A DNA stretch of 64,000 bases from Firmicutes bacterium UBA7510 (GTDB lineage: Bacteria; Bacillota; Clostridia; Tissierellales; Sedimentibacteraceae): the NCBI GenBank assembly GCA_002479485.1, contig DLNM01000013.1, positions 28,142-92,141 on the forward strand. Direction: 5' to 3'. Positions 53,848-61,820 of the stretch are shown one piece after another. The notes beneath the pieces are model-generated. The model ran no database searches, had not been told where the DNA came from, and saw only the letters and a list, made by a program, of their open reading frames with translations. The position numbers and the translations under genes are program-made. Numbering within the stretch: the stretch's first letter is position 1; each line of letters begins with the position of its first letter.

Positions 53848-53898
53848 TTTTTCCCTCCGCATAGTCTCAAATTTTGTTCGAAACATTTTGATAATACC

Positions 53899-53970
53899 TA
53901 TACTTATCCCAATTATAAAAACTTTAAAGAGTGGTACACGCTTTGTAAGGCTTTTAATGAGGGATTAGTA
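53899..53970. mobile_element. Short MITE-like element, copy 2
   Basis: TA-CTTATCCCAATTATAAAAAC...TTTGTAAGGCTTTTAATGAGGGATTAG-TA; imperfect TIRs. Confidence 0.6.
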
Positions 53971-54185
53971 TTAAATTAATATATATTAAAATATATATGA
54001 GACAAGTATAAAAATATGTTTAAATAGTGATAATTAAATCATGAACTAAAAACAAATATTTCATGATAATTTGTACAATGAACATAGTCTTACGTAGGAA
54101 AACTATAACTTTATTTTTTATAAATTAATTAGTATAATAGACAAATACTAATCTCAATAAATAAAGGATGAAGGAATCTTTGATA

Positions 54186-55247
54186 ATGAAAAAAAACATT
54201 GTTGCAGTTGCACTTAGTGGCGGCGTAGATAGTGCTACTAGCGCATATATATTAAAACAGCAGGGTTATGAAGTATTTGGTTTGACAATGAAGCTTTTTG
54301 AAAATCAAAATTGCGAAGATGCTGCACTGGTAGCAAAAAAACTTGAAATAAAACACCATATTATTGATTTTTCAAAATATTTTGAAGAAGAAGTCATTAA
54401 TACGTTTATAGATATATATTTAAATGGCTTTACTCCAAATCCATGTATCCTCTGCAATATAAAGGTCAAATATGGATTGCTTTTAGAAGAAGCTATCAGA
54501 CTGGGTGCAGATTATATGGCATTAGGACATTATGCTAAAATTGTTTATGATGAAAAAGATGATTTATATAGGTTAATTAAATCAGATGTTAATAGAAAAG
54601 ACCAATCATATTATTTGTATCATTTAACACAGGATAAATTAAAGCATATAATATTACCCCTTAATAATTTTAAAAATAAAGATGAAGTTAGGGAGCATAT
54701 ATCAACAATTATACCTTCGATTTCTAGAAAAAAAGATAGTACAGACATTTGCTTCACAAATGGGAAGTCCTTATTTAGTTATATAAAAAATAAGCGAAAT
54801 ATCATTAATTGTGTAGGTAATTTTGTAGACAAAAACGGAAGGTTTTTAGGCAAGCATAAAGGGATATTTAATTATACAATAGGTCAAAAGAGAGGCTTAA
54901 ATTTAAATATTGAAAAAACATATTTTGTTTTAGAAATTAAAGCTAACACAAATGAAATAGTTTTGACTGATAATGAATTTGATTTATATAAAAAAGAAAT
55001 ATTTGTTAAAGATATTAATTATATCAATAAAGAAAATTATAAAAAAGAAAAAATTAATGCAACAGTTAAGCTCTGCCAATGGGGATATTATATACCATGT
55101 GAGATAATGAATCAAAAAAACGGATATGCCTTGGTGAAATTTAACAAGCCCGAAAGAGCACCAGCCATAGGACAATCGGCAGTATTTTACAACAATGATG
55201 AAGTTTTAGGTGGTGGAATAATAGATACAAAATCACATCAGCAATGA
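54186..55247 (+). CDS. mnmA: tRNA 2-thiouridylase MnmA
   Basis: ALSGGVDS, TPNPCILCN, GHYA, KDQSY.L, DICF, YTIGQKRG, GQ..VFY..GGG.I. Confidence 0.9.
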   Translation: MKKNIVAVALSGGVDSATSAYILKQQGYEVFGLTMKLFENQNCEDAALVAKKLEIKHHIIDFSKYFEEEVINTFIDIYLNGFTPNPCILCNIKVKYGLLLEEAIRLGADYMALGHYAKIVYDEKDDLYRLIKSDVNRKDQSYYLYHLTQDKLKHIILPLNNFKNKDEVREHISTIIPSISRKKDSTDICFTNGKSLFSYIKNKRNIINCVGNFVDKNGRFLGKHKGIFNYTIGQKRGLNLNIEKTYFVLEIKANTNEIVLTDNEFDLYKKEIFVKDINYINKENYKKEKINATVKLCQWGYYIPCEIMNQKNGYALVKFNKPERAPAIGQSAVFYNNDEVLGGGIIDTKSHQQ

Positions 55248-55263
55248 TGTGATTTTGTATTTT
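55226..55263. terminator. Bidirectional terminator mnmA/pepP
   Basis: ATACAAAATCACATCA-GCAA-TGATGTGATTTTGTAT. Confidence 0.75.
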
Positions 55264-55272
55264 CATATGCTA

Positions 55273-56517
55273 TTATTTTTTTGCCATAAATGACTCAATT
55301 TCTTCTATAGTTCTTGGTATATCCCTAGATAGGTTTTCGCAGCCGTTTTCTGTAACCAAGCAATTGTCCTCTATTCTAAAGCCTATTCCCCAGTCCTCGT
55401 TATAAATTCCTATATCAACACAAAATACCATTCCAGCTTCAATTTTACCGCTTGCATCTACAACATCATGAACATCAAAACCTACGTGATGTGCACCTCC
55501 ATGCCACATATACTTACTGATATCTTCAAATGTTTCGCATAAACCTATCTTTTTAAGCTGCTCATAATTATATTCTCTTGCAATCTTATCAACATCAGAC
55601 ATTAACATTCCAGGCTTGATAATACTAAACATATACTCTGAGGTATTATATGCGCAATGATATAATAATTTTTGTCTTTCTGTAAATTTGCCGTTACATG
55701 GCCAACCTCTAGAAACGTCGTTACAGAGATTATCATAGCATGCACCGACGTCATTTAATACCATATCACCATCCTTTACCATCCCTGTATACTCATAATA
55801 GTGGATGCAAAAGTTGTTTTTGCCTCCTGATATTATAGAAGGAAATGCTGAAGCCAATACTCCGTTCTTAGTCAATGTATAATCAAAAACAGCCTTATAT
55901 TCATATTCAAACATGTCTGGTTTAGATGCCTTCATCATTGCCTCTATACCTTCCTTAGTGATTGTAAGGGCTTTCCTTATAGCTTCTATTTCGCAAGGTT
56001 GTTTAATTGTTCTTTGCTTTCTTAATTGATTGTAAGCATTTTTTATCACTAACCCTGGATAAACTTTCTTTACAGAATCAACAAATTTGTAGCTTTCGTC
56101 ATCTAACTCATCATATGTATTTTTAAACAAGTCTAAATACATGCTTTCAAAATGACCGTAAGAAATTAATCTATGCAAATATGTATTAAATTGATCTAAA
56201 TACTTAATATTTTCTATGCCTGAGATTTCTGTAACCTCATCAGATTTTAATCTTCTTCCTGACCATCTTTCTACCATTAAATCTGGAGGCAAAATAAAAA
56301 TTGTTTCTTTTACTGAATTATTTGTTTTTTCAACAAGCAGTATGAAACCCTCTGATTGTAAACCTGTCAAATAAACAAAGTTTCTGCTGGCGAAAAAAGG
56401 ATAATTTTCATCGGCAGTTTTTCTAGGTGCTTTACCGGCAAAAAATAACGCTAGTGAATTATTGCTAAAACTTTCATATAATTTATTTCTATTCCCTTGA
56501 TAAAATTCCTTCTTCAT
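55273..56517 (-). CDS. pepP: Xaa-Pro aminopeptidase (M24B)
   Basis: AMP_N domain, F.YLTG, D.G......D.SR.WP.NGKF, HHVG.DVHD, G.RIED. Confidence 0.88.
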   Translation of the reverse strand: MKKEFYQGNRNKLYESFSNNSLALFFAGKAPRKTADENYPFFASRNFVYLTGLQSEGFILLVEKTNNSVKETIFILPPDLMVERWSGRRLKSDEVTEISGIENIKYLDQFNTYLHRLISYGHFESMYLDLFKNTYDELDDESYKFVDSVKKVYPGLVIKNAYNQLRKQRTIKQPCEIEAIRKALTITKEGIEAMMKASKPDMFEYEYKAVFDYTLTKNGVLASAFPSIISGGKNNFCIHYYEYTGMVKDGDMVLNDVGACYDNLCNDVSRGWPCNGKFTERQKLLYHCAYNTSEYMFSIIKPGMLMSDVDKIAREYNYEQLKKIGLCETFEDISKYMWHGGAHHVGFDVHDVVDASGKIEAGMVFCVDIGIYNEDWGIGFRIEDNCLVTENGCENLSRDIPRTIEEIESFMAKK

Positions 56518-56621
56518 ATTTAGGTATCCTTTCTTTTATTTGTTATGAATATGTTCACATTATAGAATATTTTCCGATATATGGCAATATTTTTTAAGCT
56601 GTAAAGAATATTAAATTATTA

Positions 56622-56658
56622 AAAAAGCCATAGGGTACATCTTATACCCTATGGCTTA
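56622..56658 (-). terminator. Terminator after the HesB-like selenoprotein gene
   Basis: AAGCCATAGGGTA..TACCCTATGGCTT followed by a T run on the minus strand. Confidence 0.8.
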
Positions 56659-56682
56659 TCTTAAAAATGGAAATTATTTATT

Positions 56683-56955
56683 TTAAAACTCTGGAAGAAC
56701 TTCGAATCCTTTATTTAACCAGTTAGTCGAATAATTTATTTTCATACCCTTCATAGCACCCTCTAATTCTTCAGATACTATTACATCTACCCCTTCAACA
56801 TTATATGATTTGTCATTATGTTCTTGTTTCTCCGAAACAACGCCAAATCTGGCACCACATCAGCTATATCCAGTTATTTTTACCTTTACAGGAACATTAT
56901 TTTTATTATATTCTAATATTTTTTCTTTTGCTTTATCTGTTAAATTTATTATCAT
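56683..56955 (-). CDS. HesB/IscA-like selenoprotein (90 aa, Sec32-Cys33)
   Basis: SD GTGGTGG; MIINLTDKAKEKILEYNKNNVPVKVKITGYS-U-CGARFGVVSEKQEHNDKSYNVEGVDVIVSEEL..KINYSTNWLNKGFEVLPEF; TGA at 56862-56860; downstream hairpin. Confidence 0.85.
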
Positions 56956-57026
56956 TATTTCCACCACTTTCTTTTTTTATTTTTCTTTATTTTACTGTAT
57001 TATATAAATAATTATAATACTTCTCA

Positions 57027-57039
57027 GTGATATTATCAC
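57027..57039. promoter_or_regulatory. Candidate Crp/Fnr-family operator
   Basis: Palindrome GTGATA-T-TATCAC between the divergent genes. Confidence 0.45.
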
Positions 57040-57165
57040 CAAAAAGTATGTATTATATATTAAAAAGTTTTCTTTATTTAAAAAAGATATATATTAATAT
57101 TCTATTTTATAATATAATATATAGTAGGCTATATTTTAATATTTCAATAAATCAGTGAGGTAAAT

Positions 57166-57846
57166 ATGTTAAATAATATAAATGATATAGAATTTGTTAA
57201 ACGAAATTTGCCATTTTGGGAACAAATAAGTAAAGAAGAACAAAAATTAATCCAAGATAATGCTGTTAATTTAAACTATCAAAAAGGTTATGTTGTTTAT
57301 AGTAACCATGATGATTGTAAAGGATTAGCAATTATTAAAAGTGGAAATTTGCGTACATATATGTTGTCAGATGTTGGAAAAGAGATTACAATGTATAGAT
57401 TATTTGAAAATGATTCATGCATAATGACTGCTGCTTGTTTATTAAAAAATATTACCTTTGACGTAATAATTGAAGTAGAAAGAGACTGTGAAATAATTTT
57501 AATTCCAGTACAAATATATAAAAATCTTAATATGTCAAATATTCTTATTCAGGATTTTACAAATCAATTAGTTTCGTCAAGATTTTCTGATGTAATGTGG
57601 GTTATGGAGCAAATTGTTTTTATGAGTTTTGATAAACGATTGGCTATTTTTTTACTTGAGCAATCTGCAATTGAAAATTCTGATATACTGACAATAACTC
57701 ATGACACTATTGCCAAAAACCTTGGTAGTGCAAGAGAAGTTGTTACCAGAATGTTAAAATATTTTCAGAATTCTGGTTTAGTCAGTGTATCAAGAGGTAA
57801 TATAGAAATAAAAGATAGAAAAAAGTTAATGGAATTTGCAAAATAA
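57166..57846 (+). CDS. Crp/Fnr family transcriptional regulator
   Basis: cNMP-binding fold (SG.LR.Y..S..GKEIT.Y), HTH (THD.IA..LGSAREVVTRML). Confidence 0.93.
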   Translation: MLNNINDIEFVKRNLPFWEQISKEEQKLIQDNAVNLNYQKGYVVYSNHDDCKGLAIIKSGNLRTYMLSDVGKEITMYRLFENDSCIMTAACLLKNITFDVIIEVERDCEIILIPVQIYKNLNMSNILIQDFTNQLVSSRFSDVMWVMEQIVFMSFDKRLAIFLLEQSAIENSDILTITHDTIAKNLGSAREVVTRMLKYFQNSGLVSVSRGNIEIKDRKKLMEFAK

Positions 57847-57854
57847 TTCTTATA

Positions 57855-57881
57855 CTTACAATAATGTAAGCTTAATGTAAG
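57855..57881 (+). promoter_or_regulatory. BceR-like box upstream of uppP
   Basis: Perfect CTTACA-ATAA-TGTAAG plus a second AATGTAAG half-site. Confidence 0.55.
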
Positions 57882-57974
57882 TGAATCATATTGTCTTTTA
57901 TTCTTGAATATTTTATAATAAACAAATACAAAAATTATTTTATATTAATTCTAACTTAGTGGAGGCTATTTTTT

Positions 57975-58820
57975 ATGGAAAGTATTTTATTTATTATTAA
58001 ATCCATAATTCTGGGTATTGTAGAAGGGATAACCGAATTTTTGCCTGTATCTTCAACAGGACACTTAATTATATTTCAAAATCTTTTAAGATTTACAAGT
58101 ACAAGTAAAAACTACGTTGAAATGTATACATATGTAATTCAGTTAGGTGCAATTCTTGCAGTAGTAGTATTATACTGGAAAAAAATTATGGGTACGTTAA
58201 AAAACTTTTTTCCTAAAAAAGTTGGTTATGAAAATTCAGGCTTCAAATTTTGGTTTATGATATTTATAGCATGTATACCTGGTGGCGTATTAGGTATATT
58301 ATTAGATGATTTAGCTGACAAATACTTATTTAATTCTGTTACGGTAGCAGTAACATTATTTGTAGGTGCAATTTGGATTATTTATGCGGAGAAAAGATTT
58401 AGACCTAATAAATTAGGCAATAAGGACTTAAACATATCTATGAAGCAAGCTTGGATTATAGGAGCATTTCAATGTTTAGCTATTATTCCAGGTATGTCTA
58501 GATCAGCATCTACAATAATAGGTGGTTGGATTGCTGGCTTATCAACAGTAGCAGCAGCAGAATTTTCATTTTTCTTAGCTATGCCTGTTATGGTCGGCAT
58601 GAGCTTTTTGAAAATTTTAAAAATTGGCGGACTTACAGCTTTAACTGGAATTGAAATTATATCATTAGCTGTAGGATTTATTGTTTCATTTATAGTAGCT
58701 GTTATGGTTATAAATAAATTTATATCATACTTAAAGAAAAAGCCTATGAAGGTATTTGCAATATACAGAATGATATTTGCAATTATAGTTTTAGCAGCAG
58801 GATTTTTTGGAATATTTTAA
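57975..58820 (+). CDS. uppP: Undecaprenyl-diphosphate phosphatase
   Basis: GIVEGITEFLPVSSTGH, IQLGAILA, PGMSRS, AEFSF. Confidence 0.97.
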   Translation: MESILFIIKSIILGIVEGITEFLPVSSTGHLIIFQNLLRFTSTSKNYVEMYTYVIQLGAILAVVVLYWKKIMGTLKNFFPKKVGYENSGFKFWFMIFIACIPGGVLGILLDDLADKYLFNSVTVAVTLFVGAIWIIYAEKRFRPNKLGNKDLNISMKQAWIIGAFQCLAIIPGMSRSASTIIGGWIAGLSTVAAAEFSFFLAMPVMVGMSFLKILKIGGLTALTGIEIISLAVGFIVSFIVAVMVINKFISYLKKKPMKVFAIYRMIFAIIVLAAGFFGIF

Positions 58821-58839
58821 TAAATTATTATTAAAAAGA

Positions 58840-58869
58840 AAAAAAGGCACTTTTATCAAGTGCCTTTTT
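58840..58869 (+). terminator. Terminator after uppP
   Basis: AAAAAGGCACTT..AAGTGCCTTTTT. Confidence 0.85.
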
Positions 58870-59015
58870 ATATTTATATTGGATTTTCAATTTTCTAGCA
58901 CAGCTACGCTGTAAATTTTATAACTAAATTATTATAACATCAAATTTTATTAATTTCAATAAAAATTTTATATTTTTTATTATTTTGTTAGCTTATGCTG
59001 TTATACCATGTTTAT

Positions 59016-59044
59016 TTGACAAACTTATAATCTTAATTTATAAT
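59016..59044 (+). promoter_or_regulatory. Consensus sigmaA promoter of def
   Basis: TTGACA-17-TATAAT. Confidence 0.75.
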
Positions 59045-59084
59045 ATTTCTAGCTTGAGGAATCTCTAAAAGTCTCTTTTTTAAC

Positions 59085-59171
59085 ATTTCACACTTATATT
59101 TGATGATGCCACTGCAATGTCTCCAATGTATAAGCTTTGCTTATACGTTTGTAGTCGAGACTATGGCATAA
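59085..59171 (+). repeat. Modular hairpin element, copy E (def 5' UTR)
   Basis: ATTTCACACT..TGATGCCACTGCAATGTCTC-[TGTATAAGC-TTT-GCTTATACG]-CGAGACTATGGCATAA-GGGGAGG. Confidence 0.8.
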
Positions 59172-59183
59172 GGGGAGGATAAA

Positions 59184-59642
59184 ATGGCAATACGTCAACT
59201 TCGCTATAATGATGACAGCTCTTTAAGAAAAGTCTGCAAGGAAGTTACAGTTATAGATGATAAAATCAGAAGTATATTAGATGATATGATGGACACTTTA
59301 CATAGAACCACCAACGGTGCAGCACTTGCAGCAAATCAAGTGGGAATATTGAAACGTCTTGTAGTTATTGATTATGAGGGTTATTATTTAAAACTTGTAA
59401 ACCCTAAAATAATAAATCAAATCGGTACTCAAGAATGTATTGAATCTTGTCTAAGCTTTCCAAATAAAATCGGCAAAACCATACGTCCAAAAAAAGTTAC
59501 TGTTCAAGCCCTCAATGAAAATGGGGAAAAAATTATAATAACTGGAGAAGGTGAAATGGCTAAGTGCTTTTGCCATGAATTAGAGCATTTAGACGGAGAG
59601 GTTTTTTTAGATAAGGTTGTTGAATTTATAAGACATAGATAG
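59184..59642 (+). CDS. def: Peptide deformylase (divergent motifs)
   Basis: GAALAANQ, ESCLS, HELEH. Confidence 0.88.
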   Translation: MAIRQLRYNDDSSLRKVCKEVTVIDDKIRSILDDMMDTLHRTTNGAALAANQVGILKRLVVIDYEGYYLKLVNPKIINQIGTQECIESCLSFPNKIGKTIRPKKVTVQALNENGEKIIITGEGEMAKCFCHELEHLDGEVFLDKVVEFIRHR

Positions 59643-59757
59643 TATTGATTAATAAGGACGAATAGTTTGTCATTGTTGAAAATGCAACAAAATAGTGACA
59701 TGACGTTTCGTCCTTTTTTATTTTCATCATTTTAATAAAAATATATATTGTAATATA

Positions 59758-59796
59758 TTGACATTATTTAATCATTATGATATCATTTTGATATCA
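59758..59796 (+). promoter_or_regulatory. Promoter with tandem TGATATCA operator
   Basis: TTGACA-17-TATCAT overlapped by TGATATCA-TTT-TGATATCA. Confidence 0.65.
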
Positions 59797-59820
59797 AATA
59801 TATATTAAGGAGTGAAAATT

Positions 59821-60858
59821 ATGGAAGAAAGTAAATTACATATTGAAGAGAAGCTCATAGAAGGCAAGAATGGTTTAATATTTCTCATTGAAAATACTTT
59901 ACTAGTACTAATTAGCATATTTGTATTTATAATGGGAATAATCATTGTTGATAATAATTCAAGTGTATTTTATGGTGTTATATTAATTGTTCTAGGTTCT
60001 TTATTTGGATTTATTGTAGGACCTATTATGTATGCTGGATTAAAAGTTATTAAACCTAACGAAGCACTTGTTCTTACTTTGTTTGGAAAATACTATGGAA
60101 CAATTAGAAAAGAAGGTTTTTTCTATGTAAATCCATTTGTTACAGCTGTTAATCCGACAAAACCAACATTAACTAGTCAAGCAATAGGTGTAAATCAGAT
60201 ACCTACTAATAGTGCACAAGTTAAATCTGAAACTCATAAATTTAGAGACAATGCATCAGGTAAATGTATATCATTAAAAGCTTTGACTCTTAATAACAAC
60301 AAACAAAAGGTTAACGATAAGCTTGGTAATCCAATAGAAATTGGAGTAGTAGTTATTTGGAAAGTTGTTAACTCAGCAAAAGCTGTTTTCAATGTAGATA
60401 ATTATATGGAATTTTTATCAATTCAAGCAGATTCGGCTCTTAGAAATATTGTTAGACTATATCCATACGATATATCTAATGATGATGACAATGATGATGA
60501 ACTATCATTAAGAGGCAGTAGTCAAGAGGTTGCACTTAAATTACAAAAAGAGCTTCAAGAAAAAGTCGAAATTGCTGGAATAGAAATATTAGAAACAAGA
60601 ATTACTCACCTAGCATATGCTCCAGAAATAGCAGCAGCAATGCTTCAAAGACAGCAAGCAAGTGCAATAATAGATGCTCGTAAGCTTATAGTTGAAGGTG
60701 CAGTTGGAATGGTAGAAATGGCACTAAATCAATTAAATGAGAACAATATTGTTCAATTAGATGACGAAAGGCGTGCTGCTATGGTAAGCAATCTATTGGT
60801 AGTTCTTTGTGGAAACAAAGACGCTCAGCCTATTGTAAACAGCGGTTCAATTTATTAA
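59821..60858 (+). CDS. SPFH/Band 7 domain membrane protein
   Basis: Two TMs, PNEA.VL.LFGKY, KVND..GNPIEI, LAYAPEIAAAMLQRQQA. Confidence 0.92.
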   Translation: MEESKLHIEEKLIEGKNGLIFLIENTLLVLISIFVFIMGIIIVDNNSSVFYGVILIVLGSLFGFIVGPIMYAGLKVIKPNEALVLTLFGKYYGTIRKEGFFYVNPFVTAVNPTKPTLTSQAIGVNQIPTNSAQVKSETHKFRDNASGKCISLKALTLNNNKQKVNDKLGNPIEIGVVVIWKVVNSAKAVFNVDNYMEFLSIQADSALRNIVRLYPYDISNDDDNDDELSLRGSSQEVALKLQKELQEKVEIAGIEILETRITHLAYAPEIAAAMLQRQQASAIIDARKLIVEGAVGMVEMALNQLNENNIVQLDDERRAAMVSNLLVVLCGNKDAQPIVNSGSIY

Positions 60859-60869
60859 TCGATTAAAAT

Positions 60870-61055
60870 ATGAATAATACAGAAAAAGAAAAACAAAAAA
60901 AACAGATACTATTAAGACTATCACCAACACTATACGAGCAATTAGCAAAGTATGCAGAGGAAGATTTTCGTTCAATAAACGGTCAAATCGAATACTTGCT
61001 TACTGAATGTGTAAGAAAAAAATATGGCAATAAAAAACCTCATTCCGAAGAATGA
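60870..61055 (+). CDS. Arc-like ribbon-helix-helix DNA-binding protein
   Basis: KKQILLRLSP.LY..L...AEEDFRSINGQIEYLL. Confidence 0.85.
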   Translation: MNNTEKEKQKKQILLRLSPTLYEQLAKYAEEDFRSINGQIEYLLTECVRKKYGNKKPHSEE

Positions 61056-61063
61056 GGTTTTTT
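61032..61063. terminator. Bidirectional terminator
   Basis: AAAAAACCTCATTC-CGAA-GAATGAGGTTTTTT. Confidence 0.85.
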
Positions 61064-61149
61064 GCGTTGGTTGTTATACAATTAAAAAAGTTGATAATAT
61101 ACATAATTAACTTCTTCCAATTATTTTTGTAATATAAATTTCACAAATA

Positions 61150-61701
61150 TTATTGCCTTAATGTCATTAATATACTATTTTTTTCAGGATCATCATAATT
61201 TTGAATTTTACCTGATGGTATAAACCCTGATTTAATCCAACAGCGCACTGAACGCTGATTATTTTCTTCTGGATCTGCACACACAACTTTAGCACCTAAT
61301 GTATTTATTAAATAATTTGCCATTCCACTAACTATTTTTACTCCGATTCCTTCACCCCATAATTCAGGATATCCAATAAACAAATCCATTCCATATCCAC
61401 CTGCAAAATCCTCATACGGTACTTGCTCATTAAATGCATATGAATCCCTTTCAATAGGATAATATTGTATGTAACCTATAGATTTGCTATTATAATCAAT
61501 AATACAAGCAGTTACATTTTCACTACCAGTTATTTTTTCTTCAAACTCATTTTCAATTTTTTGCATATCCCATGGTGCACCTTCACCCCATGCTAATTCA
61601 AGTACTTCAGGATTTGACAACCATTCAAGAAGCAATGATTTATCTTCAAGACTATTGTTCATTTTTCTAACGGAAATACTATCACTTGTAAAAAGATACA
61701 T
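61150..61701 (-). CDS. GNAT N-acetyltransferase, AAC(6')-like
   Basis: IGYIQYY, GMDLFIG...WG.GIG, DP...N.RS.RCW.KSGF; SD AAGGAG. Confidence 0.8.
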   Translation of the reverse strand: MYLFTSDSISVRKMNNSLEDKSLLLEWLSNPEVLELAWGEGAPWDMQKIENEFEEKITGSENVTACIIDYNSKSIGYIQYYPIERDSYAFNEQVPYEDFAGGYGMDLFIGYPELWGEGIGVKIVSGMANYLINTLGAKVVCADPEENNQRSVRCWIKSGFIPSGKIQNYDDPEKNSILMTLRQ

Positions 61702-61820
61702 GTTTTTCTCCTTATTTATTCTAATGAATGAGTTTTTTCTCAATTATTATTTATGTAGTTAATAAGTGATTGTCAGACTTTAACTGTGAGAACAGAACTA
61801 TTAATATTTGTTACTTAAAA

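Noticed and set aside
53850..54000. yybP-ykoY riboswitch upstream of the P-type ATPase (a common location)
   Set aside because: No GGGAGUAG/CGUCA/AGAC motifs there; only the MITE-like and partial repeat sequences.
3436..57011. Many short ORFs antisense to or overlapping long genes (e.g. 11558..12274, 5079..5543, 50679..51071, 56805..57011)
   Set aside because: Shadows of well-supported genes on the other strand or frame; no SD or family motifs.
7363..59171. Repeats as a CRISPR array or integron attC sites
   Set aside because: Copies are dispersed, variable in length, not separated by uniform spacers, and no cas or intI gene is present.
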